A stretch of 64,000 nt of DNA from the NCBI GenBank assembly GCA_030141605.1, contig JAQGDQ010000110.1, positions 496,001 to 560,000 of the forward strand, given 5' to 3'. Shown in pieces: positions 63,625-64,000 of the stretch. The position numbers were made by a program, and so were the translations under genes. Numbering within the stretch: position 1 is the stretch's first letter; every line of letters begins with the position of its first letter. A model generated the notes under the pieces. The model searched no databases. It was not told where the DNA came from and worked only from the letters and a program-made list of their open reading frames with translations. The stretch is from Tubiluchus corallicola (lineage: Eukaryota > Animalia > Priapulida).

Positions 63625-64000
63625 TCGGGTAAAAATGAAAATCTTACTAGAAATGATAACAACTTGTCAACTTTGAACCACCTGCCATCAGATAATAAAC
63701 TCAGAGAATGGTAAATTATTCCACAAAATGCAGAATTTGGCCGATCTAGCTTTTTGGCAATAAATTGACTGGGAGCAAGTCAGTCGTACTGTTGACCATT
63801 AGTAGTAGTGCAGAAGCTTTTTATCCTTAAAACCACATAAAAGCTGATGGTATTGCAAACTATGATTTTATCACACAGTGTTTATTTTACCAGAAACATC
63901 ATTTATAATTTTCTGACTTTGTCTGAGTTACTTTATCTGTTTTTAGGACCAGGCTTTAATGCGTTGAAGGCAGCACATGTGCAATTTGCATGATTCACAC

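Overview
AT-rich invertebrate animal genomic DNA with spliceosomal GT-AG introns; the species cannot be determined from the sequence. Five protein-coding genes are present: (1) an ankyrin-repeat/SOCS-box (ASB-type) gene, minus strand, single-exon CDS; (2) a CC2D1/lethal(2) giant discs gene (4 DM14 + C2), minus strand, single-exon CDS; (3) a complete peroxidasin gene, plus strand, 28 coding exons, about 1464 aa when assembled by hand, with a decayed Mag-like Ty3/Gypsy LTR retrotransposon in one intron; (4) the last 9 coding exons of VPS18, minus strand; (5) an intronless DEG/ENaC channel gene, plus strand, apparently nested antisense in a VPS18 intron and carrying an enlarged knuckle region. 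Introns and intergenic DNA hold many non-autonomous DNA transposons, a LINE fragment and tandem repeats. The best leads are the nested divergent DEG/ENaC, a CLEAR/UPRE promoter plus ATF4-like uORF layout on the ASB gene, an intronic minisatellite that resembles the neighbouring peroxidasin exon, an RFX X-box cluster between CC2D1 and peroxidasin, and inverted transposon copies bracketing the peroxidase core exons. All splice models and motif calls were made by eye and lack transcript support.
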